In this document: positions 36,601-48,600 of the stretch, in pieces
Numbering within the stretch: the stretch's first letter is position 1
Layout of the letters: every line of letters begins with the position of its first letter
NCBI GenBank assembly: GCA_004431415.1
Contig: QPMI01000632.1
Coordinates: forward strand, 1 to 64,000
Length of the DNA stretch: 64,000 nucleotides
Reading direction: 5' to 3'
Source: Cyanophora paradoxa CCMP329
Taxonomy: Eukaryota > Plantae > Glaucophyta
Notes under the pieces: generated by a model
Database searches by the model: none
The model's input: only the letters and a program-made list of their open reading frames with translations
What the model was told of the DNA's origin: nothing
Translations under genes and position numbers: made by a program

Positions 36601-39600
36601 TGTCCGAGGCGGGCGTCGCCGCCGCGGCCGCCTCGCCGCCGCCCGCGATTTCCGTCGGGGGTGCGAACCCTCTCAGCGGTAAGGAAGAAAGCGATCAGTG
36701 GCAGCCAGCCGCGGCGGTGCGCTGGGGCAGCTTCCGGTCGTGCAGCCCGCCGAGCAGCTCGGTCAGTCTCGATCGCGAGACATCGTCGACCGCGCGAGCG
36801 CCCGGCAGGACGGATTCGTCCGGAGTCTCTCCCCCGCCGGCGCTGGGGGCCGCAGCGCCGGCCGCACGGCGCAGCGACCGGCCGCAGCGCAGGGGCTCGT
36901 TCTCGCTTTCGATCTCGGAGGAGAACGCGCACAACTGCAAGGACTCTTCGTCCGAAGGCGACGCCCTCAACTGGTGCGCGCCACAGCGCAACCCGCCGCC
37001 CGCGTCGAGATCGAGATCTCGAGCGCGGTCCGGCAGGGAGACGTTGGCGTCGGCGAGCCAGTTCATCTCGCGGGAGATCGAGCTCGGGCGGCTGCTCGAG
37101 CGCCTCATGGTCGTCATCCTCGAGATCTCCGGCGGCGAGCGCGGCTTCCTGGTGCGCGGGCCTCGCAGGCGGAACGTCCAGATCCCCACCCCCGCCCCGC
37201 TCACTCCGGGCCCCGCGCAGGTCCTGGAGCACGACGTGGACGAGGACGGGGGCGCCGCGCCGCCCCAGGGCCCGCCCCAGTACTACGTGCGAGCCGCGCC
37301 CGACGCGCCGCGCGCGCCGCCCGGGCGACGCCAAAGCGCGCAGGTCGAGGCGAGCGGGGAGGTGGTGCAGAGCTCGGCGAGCGCGGAGCACCGCCACAGG
37401 CTGTCCGGCCGCCGTCCCTCGGCCGCGTTTGGAATCTCGTCGATCCACACGGAGGTCCTGCGGGGCGCGCCGCTGGCGGAGTGCGGCGAGCAGCTCTGCG
37501 CCCGCGCCGTCGAGTGGGCCCTCGCCACCGAGCAGGTCGCCATCGTCCAGGACTGCTCCAAGACGGTCCGCCCCGCCCGCGCCCCGCCGGCCGCCGGCGC
37601 GCTGAGGGCCCGCAGGAGGGCGAGGGGCCGCTGGCGGCGGCGGTGGCGGGGGACGGGTACGTGCAGCGCGCCGGCGTCCGCAGCCTCCTCGCGCTGCCGA
37701 TCTCCCACAAGGCCCGCGCCATCGGCGCGCCCTGCCCCGCCCGCCCCGCCCCGCCCCGTCTCGCGCCGGGCTGCAGCTGACGGCGGGGCAGGGGCGGTGT
37801 ACCTGGAGAACCGGCTGCTGCGGGGCGCCTTCCCGGCCGCCGCCGTCGACACGCTCCGCATCCTCTCCTCCCAGATGGCCGTCTCCGTGCGCCGGCCCCA
37901 CCCGCGCGCCGGCTCTCGAGCGCGCGGCCCCTTTCCGACGCTCTCGCGCGGGTCGCTCGCCTCAGATCGTCAACGCGCGGCTCTACGAGCGGCTCCGGAA
38001 GAGCTTCGCGGAGATCGCCGCCGTCCTCGGTGCGGGGCGCCGCGTCGCGCCCGGCCCGCCCAGCGCCGCGTCCGAGCGGGCGCGGGGCGCAGCGAGCGCG
38101 CACGACGCGATCGTGACGCTGGACGGGGCGGCGCGCGTCGTCGCCGCCAACCCCGCCAGCGAGCGCCTCTGGCGCGCCCCCCGCTCCGCCCTCGTCGGCA
38201 AGGTGCCGCCCCCGCCCTTCTCGTTTGGCCAGCGCGCGGAGCTCGGCTTGAGCGGGGCGCAGGCGCTGTCGGACCTGCTTGAGATCGAGGGGCCGCAGCT
38301 CACGAGGCTGGAGGAGCTGAAGGCGCCCCCGAAGCGCCCGTCCAGCCCGATCGAGTCCATGCGCAGCCCGAAGTGCAGGCGTCGCTCGCTCTCGGCGGAC
38401 GATCTCGGTCGGGTGCGCGCGTCGCGCGGCGCGCCGCCCCACCACCCCCGCCGCTAACGCTGACGCCGCATCTCGCGTCCGTCAGGTGTGGAACGGTGTG
38501 GCGGTGTGCCCCGGCGGCAAGATCGAGGTCGAGGTCTGCTTCACGTCGCTGGAGGAGGCGGCCGGGGCGGAAGAGAAGCCCGCGGAGGCAAAGCGCTACT
38601 CCGCATTCATCGTGCGCCCCGCCGCAGCCCGCCCGCCCGCCAGCCCGCGCGGGGCGCCCGGTCCGATCGTATGGGCGCCGCAGCGCGACGTGTCGGCGAG
38701 GGTGCGCGCGGAGAAGCAGCTGCAGGCCGTCCGCAGGCGCTGGTTCGCCATGGTCACGGTCCGCCGCGCCCGCCCGCGCCCCGCTTTCGTTTCGTCGATG
38801 TGTTCCTCCGGCCTGATCGGGTCTGCGCCCCGCAGCACGGTCCGGCTCCCTCGCGCGGGCCCCGCGCGATCGCGGCGGCCCCACTCACGGGGGTGGCGGG
38901 AAAAAATGGTAAAGTGGGGCTACTGTCACCACATCGATTAATTCCCAATATATCAAACAATCCCAATCAAAATCCTCTCGATTCTCAGTCTTTACCAATC
39001 AGAATTCAACAAATTCTCAGTCTCTCAATCACAATTAATCGAAGTTATATCTTAAATTAATTAATCGAAGTTATATCTTAAATCTTATTTATCGAAGTTA
39101 TATCATAATCTCGATTAATTATATTTAATCGAAGTTATATCTGATTGTTATATCCTCATTGATTGTTTCATATAGGAGCGAATATCATAATCTTATTAAT
39201 CGAAGCTATATCAAAATCTCGATAAATTATATTTAATCGAATTTTACCCGATCCAAAAAATGACGACTGTTTTTAAATTTACCATATCGATCTGTAAATG
39301 ACAACGATAATACCCGAAGATGTTAAACAAATTCTTCAAGATTTACCGCTTATTCCAGATGAGCAACAATTAAGCGAATTGATTGAGAAAACCGCTAATA
39401 GTGCTGGTTTAGATGTTAACAAACTACCAAGCAAATATAAAACAAATCTTATGAAAGGCTTCTTATCTACCATGGAAACTATGAACACACACCAATATTT
39501 ACAAATATTAGAAAAAAGACATGATGTAAACCATACACGCTGTAAATTACGTAGGAAATTGATTTTGAAAAATGCAATGGAGTTTCAAACATTCCTTGTT

Positions 39601-42600
39601 ATCTAAACCGTTATTGTTGTGGGTTCATTACTAATTCTTATTGATTCTCTCTTTTTTATCGCTCGTCTCTTAACAAACTTCTTAAAGCCCTTCATATCAT
39701 CATCTGTTAATATTGCCCGGTCTGTGTATACTTTTATATCATACCCTTGCAATCCAGTTATGACTGTTTGGTAGTTATAACCCCACAGTCTATGCAATTC
39801 CTTGTAGGTCTTTTTATCAAGACCCCCATTATACTCATCATAAGCGCAATTGAACTCTTTTTCGTTCCCAAGAATATTGAAAAATACTACGAACTCAACA
39901 TTTCGACGAATTGTAGTAGAAATAGAGCATAAACGTTGAGTATTTATAATTACTGTAATCGAATAATGACGGGCTGTAGTGATCAATTTAGATAACACAG
40001 CCGAATTATGCATATCCAAAGAAGAACCGATCATATCATCAAGTATAATAACAAGATTGTTGCGTTTTGCATTATTTTCGATTCGTTTCTTTTGCATGCT
40101 AATGAGTTTCACTACTACATTATCGTCCCATTCCTCATAGATATTATCAGGATGCGTTATATCTCTGAATTGACCAGTAAACGCAGTAGAACTAAAGACT
40201 ACAATCTGATCGATCTTATCCCTCAGTTCATAAAGTAGATATTTGCAGTAAGTTGTCTTACCAGAATTGCTGCGCCCACATAATAAAAAACGCGTGCTTA
40301 ATTTAACTGTTCTTGCAGGCTCAAACTCCGGGATGTCATTCAAATCAATATCCATTCCTGTGTTATCCATTACAGTAATAAGATAAAAAACAAAATAAAC
40401 CCCTTACCTACTAATTTTGAGCTTTCTACTATAACGAAAGAAAAAGAACTTTAGAAGTTCGAGACTTTCAGGGTAGAGATGTTGTAGCCATTGAGGACCA
40501 TAACATTGTGTCGTAGGGCATAGATATCAACCTGAACAGGAGCAGCATCAGTGCATCCCGAAACAGTGAGATCCATGTAACTGGAACTGCTGTTGAAGAA
40601 ATCCTGGTAACCCATAACACTGTTCCGAAGCGAATCTTTTCCAGATTTGGAAAGAACGATTCCGTAAATATTTCCATTCTCGAATCCATAAGTAGTATTG
40701 CCAACAGTAACACCCTTGTAATGAGAAGGAATGTGATTGATAGCCGAGAGGAAACCAGAAATGGGTTTGTTGGAGATATCCAGGGAGCGATTGTTGTGGA
40801 AGATCTGGAACTGATCGATCTTAACATCCGAAACATGACCACAGAAATCAGAGTGAGTGTAGGTGTTAAGTTTGTTCACCTCTCGAACTGTCATGAGAAT
40901 CGAATGAACCAGACCAGAAACATTAGCGAGTGTCACCTCAACCGATTCACCAGCATCAGCGGTTTTGAGCGCTCGTGTCTTCTTGTGGATGACCTCTGTG
41001 ATCGGAATGCGAATGCCACCTTGTTCATTTGCCATTTTCAAAAGTGTCTCAGCCTCAGCCGAAGCGATGTTTACAAATTGACAGATCAGGGAGCAATCCG
41101 CAAATGTAACAGATCCACCAGCAGGAACTTTGACTATCCCAGCATCACGGAAATCAACCTCGATTGTTGGCATATCCGCCAGTGTGCATAGTGGGAAGTA
41201 AGCATCATCCCAGAAAGCAGCGGGAATTTTCACAATGTATTCCATAGCCTCATCTGTGCTTTCACGATCAAGTTCTTTGAAGTAACCAAGAGAAGCATAC
41301 ATGCTGCTCATGGTAGCATGATCATTATCAATCAGAGCGTTAACAGTTATCCAGTCACCAGGGATGATATACTTGAAACCACCATGAACAAAGCGGACCT
41401 CATTAATATAGGAAGAACCACCATTGGGGAGGGTGCAGGCTACACCACCACCAGTGGCAATCTTGAAATAGAGCGAAACACCAGCAAGGAGTTGCTTGCG
41501 AGGTAGATCAAAGTAAGCGGTATTCTTAAAGCCAAAAGTATTGCCTCGGGGACGAACTTGCTCGAGGAATGGTTTGTACTTGGGGTTGGTTCCGATTTGG
41601 AGACCAGGGATAGATAAATTTGATCGGAACCGGGAGTTACGAGGAGTTCCTTAAGGGTAGTTCCAGTGAGTGCCATCTCTTATGTTTAAAATACCAAAAG
41701 AAATTTTTAAAATGCTTTATTAAACAGAATGACGCGTCATTACCTTAATATTGATTCCAGGGACCGAGATGATGGAACCCCAACGAACTTCACTTATAAA
41801 ATTCCCCATGCAATCCAAAATGTGAGAGCCTGCAGAGTGACTAACTTTGAGATGTTCAATAACATTTACAATCTTAGCGAGAATGGAAGTTTGATTACAG
41901 GAACCTATGATGCTGGAGATGTAATTAAAACTAAGAATAACACTATTTCAAAAGGGACATATACTTCGGATAGTTTGGTGAATCTTCTAAATGCCAAACT
42001 AGCTTCACAAGTGTATGGTGCAGCAGGAACTACCTATACTCGCCATTTCTACGTTACATATGATCCTGTTACCATGTTTCTAAGGTTCATGTGCGATGCA
42101 ACATTTACCCTCACCTTTGGAAGTCGGATCTTAGCAAACTTCCTTGGGTTTCCAGAGCGCAGACCTGACAGTTCAGAAAATGGTTACGCTTCTGCCCTGC
42201 TGGATTCACCTGTAACAGTCGGAGCTAATACTTATAATTACTACATTGACAGTGTTATACCGCTCGATCTTCTGTTCAACTCTTACATCCTTCTCCACGT
42301 TGACCCACTCAAAGGCAACTATGTAAGCAAGAACACAAGCGATGATAAAGCCCTCGCAAAAATCGAGATTGATCAAACGGTAGGCAGTCTCTTAAAATAT
42401 GATTCATCGAATAATTCCATGATCCTGCATGAGCAAAACGGTTTGGTGGAAGTTGAAACGCTAAAAGTTCGTCTCACATACTGGAATGGTGCCGAAACGG
42501 ATATTACCACTGATTGGTCGATGACGCTTGAACTCATTACGGAAGATGATAAAGATCTGACAAAGAAAGCATTGAAGAATGTCATTAAAGAGTTGGAGGG

Positions 42601-45600
42601 ACTCTACTTGCCGTTCTCACGGTCATAGGAAATACTGTAGAATAAATTTGTCTCGATATTACAAATGGCAACTCGAAAGACCCAGCCAAAGAATTTCTTA
42701 GCCAAACCAGTTGAGCAAGCGGAACCAGAACGGAAACAGTTTAAGAAATCAAAAGGAACCGCTGCATATGGAACTGGTGATCTCGATAAAAATGTTCACC
42801 AGACCATGAATGCTCACACAATTGCGCTTACTTCAAATTATAATGATGATAATGCCCTGGTTGACCAAGTCCCACTGAACCGCATGCCTGGAGCCAAACG
42901 AGGAATCAAGAAAGGACAGTTCAAATCATCGACAAAGGACAAGGTTGCCTCATCATCAACACTGCTGAAACTGCTTGATGGTGGTGAGCGACTCTACTCA
43001 ACCTATTCCGAGAAAGACCATCGCAACCGCTACTTTATTCGTTCAACCACTGGTGGACTGAAATCTGTGACATACCAGTATGCTAGGAGTCTTGTTGATG
43101 GCATTGCAGCAGAGACCAAAAACGAAAACAGGATCAAGGAACAGCCAATCACAAAGGAAAAGGTGGAGAAGAAACCAGAAGTAACCCATGAAGTCATCCC
43201 TGAACCTGTTCATGTCGTGAAAGAATCACCAGCCGAATTGATTGCAAAGACCATCGATTATCAAGAGTCCAACAAAACGGATTTGCCGGTCCTCAATAAA
43301 TCAATCCTCCGGGTTGCCACTTCACAGGCTGATCCAGTCAACTCGATTCCAAATGCTGCCCCAATGGTCTCAGGGTTTGCCAAGCTCGGTATTAAACCTG
43401 GTTATCGCCGTTAAGGATCATTTCCGAATTAAAAAAATCTTGAACATTGTTAGCGCTACGTAACCAATCTTATCCCGTAGGCTCAAAACTTCTTCATTTT
43501 TATGGAGGCGTTGTAGAGCGAAGTGAATTATCCACAGATATCACTTTAATCACCCGTTCTACCGGGTTCAGTGGTAGAAACTTGCATCCGACAAGTGAAC
43601 CTTTTTGGGTATCGGTGGCTTTATCATTTTTCCAGCATCTTCTTTCGTACTGGATGCTCTGCAATCGGGACCAAAATTTGACAGGAGTTTAATCGCTATA
43701 TACAGACAGAAAAACTACTTAAAGATTTCTTAACATATATTAAGAGAGTAGAAAAGGACAAAATGCCAATCAGTGAGGCTCAGAAGCGTGCTACTTACCG
43801 TTATCGCAAAACTGAAAAAGGTCAGGAATATTTAAAAAAGTATAATGCGAAATTCGCAAAGCAAATGCGTGATTTATACCATACTGATGAGTGTTACAGA
43901 GCCATGAGAATCGTTGAGAGTTCCCAGCGTCTCTATGCTTCCAATGCAGTCTGCTTTGTGAAGTATCTCTATGGCGTCCCCTATTCTAACCGTGGTCGCA
44001 AATCGAAATATCTCTGTTAATTGTTTTTCTCAGCGCGATCTGCTCTGAGAAACCCGTGGGAACCGCGCTGGAACCACAAATAAAATCATTCTGTTATTTT
44101 TAGAGTTCGATGATCGAGCCAACCCTTTGTTATTTTTATGAATGCCCTCGACTGAATTAATTTTGTTGGAGACTTTTGGTTTTGCCGGTAAAATTTGACG
44201 CGAGTATAAAAGTATTTAAAGAAAACTTTTGTAGGTATATATTAATAGAGTGAACAAAGAAATGCCTCGACCAAGTAATCGAATTTCGAAGAATTTGCAG
44301 GATGAGATTCTTGGTTACTACATGCAAGCAAAAGTAGAAGACAAATTGACCCGAGAGCAGGATATCTATTTCTTGAGAGAATTTACTTTCAAAGCAATTA
44401 GAATTCCAAAGTTGATTGATATCAGAGATACACTGAGAGGTATCGTAGAGCCTCGTTTGTATCGCAAGCAGGAGAAGAAGGAGAAGAGGGCTGAGAGAGC
44501 CGCTAAGAATGTTGCAAAACGGCAAGCAAAGACCAAAGAAGTGCAGAAATACAAAAGAAATCAGCAGAAGAAGGCCAAGAAGCAAGAGAGGGTTCAAAAA
44601 TGGAAGTCAAAGCAGGAAGCCAACCAGGTTCAGGTAATGAATGCCATGAATCACCTAGTCGAAGAGATTACATGGAAAAACCCTAAGAAAAACCTAATTA
44701 ACACAATCCATCGGTTTATCACTGAGAAGATAGGATGGGATGATCTCCACAGAAGACTTCAAGAGGCTTTGGACAGACACAATGGAATTAAGTTCCAGTT
44801 CAAAGTGAAGGCCAATTACAAATACAAGGAGAAGCAAAATGGAAGGTGGACAGGAGAGTACCAATACGCAACCAGATATCCAAGCTCAATGCAGTTTTAC
44901 CTAGTTCTTCCAGCAAATGACCTAACGGATATCGTAAGGCAAGCTGTGGATGATCTGCATGAAATCATGACAGCCATTGAGTATGCAGAGGTTCACAATA
45001 TTCTCGAAGTAACCCTACAAATTCTATCTTACACACCTCTGACAGGAAGTTCTTACATTCCTCTTCCAGAAGAGATTGAAAAGAGAAAGGCTGTTATCAA
45101 TCCTAAGAATGAAGACCAAGAATGTTTCCGACATGCTGTTAAGATTGGCTTGCATCACAATGATGTCATTCGAAACCACAGATCTGAATTGAAACGATAC
45201 AGTAAGTGGGACAAGGAATTTGATTGGAGTCGCTTTGAGTTCCCAGTCAAGAATGATTCTAGAGTTTACGATCTAGCTTCAAAGATGATTGGTAGACCTA
45301 TCAATGTCTACTTCCTTGATAACAAGAAACGAGTCTTCCCTATCCATGTGAACAAGAACCCAGCAGAGCAGCACAAGACCATTGACCTTTTGATGTGGAG
45401 TGATGGGGAGAACACCCATTATGGCTTCATTTCAAGTCTATCGAGACTCATTCCAAGCTCACACAAGGAAACGAAGTATTTCTGTAAATGCTGCTTGAAG
45501 GGATTTACAGGTCAAAGGATCCTCGATAATCACATTAGACTAAGCAGATGCTATGAACGACCAACAGCAACTATTGATGTGATGCCTGAAGCAGGAAGCT

Positions 45601-48600
45601 GTATTATGTGGGATCCACAGAGAAATGCAGACAAAACAGTTTGGCATCCGATGTTTGCAGTTGCTGATTTCGAGTGTCTCCTGAAATCTGTTGAAAGTGT
45701 TGTGACTCGTGTTGATGAGAAAGGTGTTAAATACGATTCAAATAATAACGAGATCAACACCGAAATTTACCAAAAGCACATCCCTTGCGCTTACAAAATC
45801 ATGATCATGCATAAGGACAAGATCCTAAGAGAAGTCCTCTACCAGAAACAAGATCCAAACAACGATGATGAGGTAATCAATCATTTCATGACAACTCTCA
45901 AAAATATGGAGGCTGAGTTGCTTGAAAAGGTGAGAGAGGTCGAGCCAATAAAGATGGATCGATATGACAAAATGAATTTCAAAGAAGCCACATGCTGCTA
46001 CATTTGCGAGGATCAATTCGTTAAATATGGAGAAGAGGGTAAGGTTTTCATTACAAAGAAAGTCAGGGATCATGATCATACCACAGGTAAATATCTTGGG
46101 GCTGCCTGTGATAAATGCAACCTGAGAAGAAGGGTTAACCCTAAAATTCCTGTTATATTCCACAATCTGAAAGGGTATGATGGACACTACATTCTAAAAG
46201 CTCTCGGTGAGCATGCAGACCCAGGAAAAGAGATCCGCTGTATCGCTGAGAATTTCGAGAAGTTCAAGTGTTTCGACTTTAACAGCTACAAATTCGTTGA
46301 TTCCCTGAATTTCATGCAAGAAAGTCTTGACAAACTTGCTAGTAATCTCGGTCACAGAGACAACTATAAATACACCAATGAATGGTGTGACCAGCATACA
46401 ATTACGGAGACCCAAAGAGAACTCCTGATGAGGAAGGGATTCTTCCCTTATGATTACTTGGATTGCCTTGATAGACTCAGCGAAACTAAACTTCCCAGCA
46501 AAGAGGCTTTCTTCTCAAAGCTTAATGATCGTGAAATTAGCGACAGTGACTACAAGCATTGTCAGAAGGTGTGGGATGCATTTGATTGCAAGACACTTGG
46601 AGATTACATGAAGATCTACCTTGAAACTGATGTGTTCCTTCTCGCTGATGTGTTTGGTCACAATTTCCGACAGAGATGCTATAAAGATTATGGACTTGAT
46701 CCTATCCATTTCATTTCAGCTCCACACCTCAGTTGGAATGCTATGTTGAAACTTACGAAGGTTGTTCTCGAAAACATTGATGATGATGAAATGTATCGTA
46801 TGTTCGAGCTTGGAATTCGTGGTGGAATATCGATGATAGCTACGCGGAATGCTCAGGCTAACAATCCATACATGAAGAACTTTGATCCAACAAAGCCAAT
46901 AAAATACATCATCACATGGGATGCCAACAATTTGTATGGATTTGCTATGTGTCAAAAGTTACCTATTGGTGATTTTGAATGGATCGATAACGTTGAAGAC
47001 TTTGATTACATGAAATTTGATGCTGATGGTGAAACTGGGGCATTATTGGAGGTTAATTTGGAGTATCCAGATCATTTGCATGATGAGCATAGCGATTCCC
47101 CACTAGCACCTGAATCTATGGTAGTAACTGAGGACATGTTATCACCTTCCCAACTTGAAATGCTTGGTGAAGAAAAGCTTCCTGGAAACCGAAAGTTGGT
47201 ACCCAATCTGAACAACAAACACAACTACGTTCTTCACATCAAGAATCTGCAATACTATGTATCAAAGGGTATGATTGTGAAGAAGATCCATCGAGGGATT
47301 GAATTCAAACAATCGGCTTGGTTGAAACCTTACATTGATTTCAATACTGAGAAAGGAAGCAGGCACAAAATGATTTCGATAAGGATTTCTACAAGCTCAT
47401 GAATAATTCGGTGTATGGAAAAACCATGGAGAATGTCCGGAATCGTAGCAACATCAAACTCTGCCACAACCCAGAGAAGCAGGCGAAACTGAATGCAAAC
47501 CCTCTACTGAAAAAGGTTAAGATCATCACCGAGAACCTGACAGCAGTTGAAATGTATCGTGGAACTATTCTTCTCGATAAACCAATCTATGTTGGTCAGG
47601 CGATCCTTGATTTATCAAAACTTGTCATGTATCAGTTCCACTACGATTACATTCGCAAGAAGTATGGATCGAAAGCCAAACTCCTCATGACTGACACAGA
47701 TTCGCTGTATTACATTATTGAGACCGAGGATCTATACAAGGATATGAACTCTGACTCTCATTTGTTCGATCAATCGGAATACAGTCCTTCTCACATTTGC
47801 TACAATCCTCAAAATAAAAAGGTTCCTGGTTTATTCAAGGATGATGCCGGTGATTTGGTTGTAACTGACTTTGCAGGATACAAACCAAAGGCCTACTCTT
47901 ATTTGAAGGATTTGAATGTCAAGGCTCTTGGTTCGGAAGAAGATGTGAAAAAGGTGATTGCTAAAAGGTTGAAGGATAGTGGGAAAAGTTCAGAAGAAGA
48001 TGTAAAGAAAGATACTGTAAAGAGGTTGAAGGGAATCCAGAGATGTGTAGTTAAAAACAAATTAGAGTATAAGCATTTCTATGATACTGTCATGGGCAAG
48101 AGCAGGATCCTGTTACAGTTAGAGGAATTCGTTCAAAGAACCACGAGGTATCAACACTTGAAATGAAAAAGAGGGCATTCAATGCGCTTGATACCAAGAG
48201 GTATCTTTGCGAGGATAAGGTGAATACTCTTGCAATTGGGCATTACAGAACTCGCTAAGGTTAGGTTAAAGAAATTGATTGCTTATTGTAATGGAGCAGG
48301 TATTGAGCTATACAAAATATAGACAAAAGCTAATCAATGAGGGTGTAAAGTTTGATGAGGATGAATTGAAAAAGAGATTTAAAAACAGTGAATTGAATCA
48401 GATTTTCAAGAAGCCTACCAAGCCGAAATCGTTTCTTAGAATCGTAGCCCCACCCAATTCTTTTCAGGTTGATATTATATATTTCAAGGATTATAAGACA
48501 GCAAACTATGGTGTGGATCGCATGCTAGTATTCGTAGATATTTTGAGTAGGAAGGGTTTTATATTTCCTTTCAAAATGGTCACTGGGAAGGAGAAGAACG

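Noticed and set aside
8300-38900. Many long Arg/Pro/Ala/Gly-rich ORFs in the track (e.g. 10328..12607, 22882..25266, 35967..38282)
   Set aside because: They are shadow or intron read-through frames caused by very high GC; the real proteins emerge only after splicing.
39037-39212. Short repeats with spacers resembling a CRISPR array
   Set aside because: Repeats are only about 15 bp with short, AT-rich, irregular spacers, lie in a viral TIR, and no cas genes are present.
43447-43692. 81-aa ORF inside the element
   Set aside because: Non-ATG start and no motifs; not supported as a gene.
47340-47410. Programmed frameshift or split polymerase (ORFs 44250..47402 and 47399..48166)
   Set aside because: No slippery heptamer is present, and the same 1-nt loss pattern recurs elsewhere, so sequencing error is the simpler explanation.
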